Notes under the pieces: model-generated
What the model saw: the letters and a program-made list of their open reading frames with translations, nothing else
Told to the model about the DNA's origin: nothing
Database searches by the model: none
Translations under genes and position numbers: made by a program
DNA from: Lama glama
Taxonomy: Eukaryota
Direction: 5' to 3'
Assembly: GCA_028534125.1 (NCBI GenBank)
Contig: CM052817.1
Coordinates: forward strand, 34,102,001-34,166,000
Length of the DNA: 64,000 nucleotides
In this document: positions 62,016 to 64,000 of the stretch, piece after piece
Layout of the letters: the number at the start of each line of letters is the position of its first letter
Position numbering within the stretch: the stretch's first letter is position 1

Positions 62016-63549
62016 AATTTGATTATCTTTCCGTTTGCTTATTTGATTCTGAGCTCCTTGGAATTAAGGACCACACAATCCCTAACACACAATAGAAACT
62101 GAAGACTATACATTTCATGCTAATGAAAATCATGTGTGTGTATATGTGTGTGTTTTTGAAAATTAGAACCTTCTGTGGCTCTAGATTCCTTAGTGAATTT
62201 CTTAACAATGCCCAGATGTTGCAAACATGAACTAAATTTGATTTTTTTATATTCCATGAGCATCTATTGATAATGATTATAAAATCCTATTTTTGTTTAA
62301 AAATAAGCTCCCAAACAGTACACTCACAACCCATGGAGAAGCAAACAGGGTACTCCTTATATTTTTCTTCATATAAACAAAACACCAAATTTAATTTGCA
62401 TCTGCATCAAGTTTTTTTTTTTTCAAGATTTTCATTAAAGGCAGAATATGGCATTTGGGAAGGATAATTAAATACATCTGAAACTCAGGAGATAAAAAGA
62501 GATGAAAAATCTTGTAATAAAAACAGCCTAGTTGAATCCCCTCCGCCTCCTTCTAAGTACAAAAATGACTGTTCTTGGAAGACAGAGCGAGCTTTTCATT
62601 TAGAGCCTAGCTGAAGGCTTCGAGTGTCCCTGGGAGTCTCCACTCCCTCTTGATCCATGAGGTAGGCATTGTCACAGGATTAGCGTTGACCCCTAGGAGC
62701 AAAGAAAGGCTCAGGAATACATAACTTCCACCTTCACTTTTTCCTCCCCTCCTTCACCTCACGTCTCTCTTAGAGAAACACTCTGGGTTTCCTCCCTCCC
62801 TTCCTTCCATCTTACTTTCCTTCCTCTCTTCCTCCTTCTCTTTCTCCCATTCTTCCTTTCCTCGTTAGTTTTTTTTTTTTTTTCAGACTGTATTTCTGAA
62901 GGAGAATGTTCCTGGAATATCTTGAACGAGTTAACGGAATGACCGCAATGCTTAGTGGAGGAGTGAAGCCCACCAACACCCCCAGGAGAGGGTGCCGACC
63001 TCCTCCCCTGCCTCTGGTGAACTTCCTCCTCTGTTTGCAGCTGTCTGCTCCCACCGCTGAGTCATCAATGTCTCTTCACAGGATCCTTCCTCTCTGTTGC
63101 CAAATAGGCTCAAATAGCTCCCCGATCTTTAAAAATAAAAGGTTCAACTGCTTTTTCTGCCTCTTCAAACTTCCATAGCAATTTTTCCTTCTTTTAGACC
63201 CACATTTCGGGACTACATCACATACTGCTATTGTCTTCAGCTCTACCTGTTTAGTCCATCATGCCCTAAAATCCACTGCTCTACTGAAACATCTGTCTAG
63301 AACAGCTGTTCTTAAATTTGAGTGAGGATTCAAAATCTCCTTGGAAATCTGGTGGAAGTTATAGACCATTATATCAGGAGAAAAAAATGTATTTTTTTAC
63401 AATAGAATTTTGCATGAAACTTCAGGGATTAATAAACCTCCTGAAGCTTATCCAGGGAGCTCTTAAGGACCAAAGATTAAGACTCTGTTCTAACAGGTCA
63501 CAGTAGCCTTTTAATCATCTTCCTTTCCATTCTTGAAAGGTTTAGGGGA

Positions 63550-63780
63550 AGAGCAAGTACTCTGGGTTCAAAACAAGAAGTTGGATTCAAATCTTTCCAC
63601 TTACTAGCTGAATAACCTTGGCCAGGCTATACAGCATCTCTGGCCAGCCATCTCCTAATCTGTAAAAGGAAGATGATGATATCCATCTCAGAATTTGCCG
63701 TGGGTATTCCATATAACAGTATGTAAAAAACTGCTAAGATCATACTTCACACCTGTGAGGCACTCGATAAATAAAATTTT
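63550..63780 (+). mobile_element. MIR SINE
   Basis: ggattcaaatct..ccacttactagctg..accttgg...atctgtaaaagg. Confidence 0.75.
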
Positions 63781-64000
63781 CCATCCCTCCTTCAGCAGCC
63801 AAGTTCCAGTGCTTTCTCCTAAGCCTTCTGAGTGTTCCTTCTTCGTTTCATTCACTGGTTCAGCTTTATCCTGCTGTCCTATTGGGTAAGGTGCTTCCCA
63901 AGACCCAGCCATGACTGGGGAGTACATCTGTGTCATTTGTCCTGCAGACCTAACTCAGGTTTTACAACCTCCACGTGACCTTCCCCGGCCACCCCAAACC

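Noticed and set aside
1..64000. CRISPR array, operon or other prokaryotic system
   Set aside because: Sequence is mammalian (MIR, L1, L2, MaLR) and has no regularly spaced repeat-spacer structure

Overview
Mammalian genomic DNA, non-coding as far as I can tell and repeat-rich: an intergenic or deep intronic window. The tRNA-derived SINEs (GGGGAGGGTA[T/G]AGCTCAGTGGTA...GAGGTCCTGGGTTCAATCCCCAGTACCTCC) and the young L1 3' ends point to a cetartiodactyl, most likely a camelid (inference from remembered repeat consensuses). I recognise no known protein-coding gene, rRNA, true tRNA or CRISPR array. The supplied ORFs are chance ORFs or L1 fragments. A large part of the window is interspersed repeats (MIR, L2, L1, MaLR/ERVL LTRs, hAT MITEs); family names and boundaries are by-eye estimates. 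Most notable: (1) an exact 24-bp CpG-containing motif occurring twice 12.9 kb apart in unique DNA, with a degenerate third copy 12.3 kb further on; (2) a TSD-flanked 347-bp L1 made of only its 5' tip joined to its 3' tip; (3) a SINE head fused to an inverted young L1 ORF1 fragment; (4) a strong REST/NRSF RE1 site; (5) three minus-strand candidate exons whose phases join into one open frame (low confidence).
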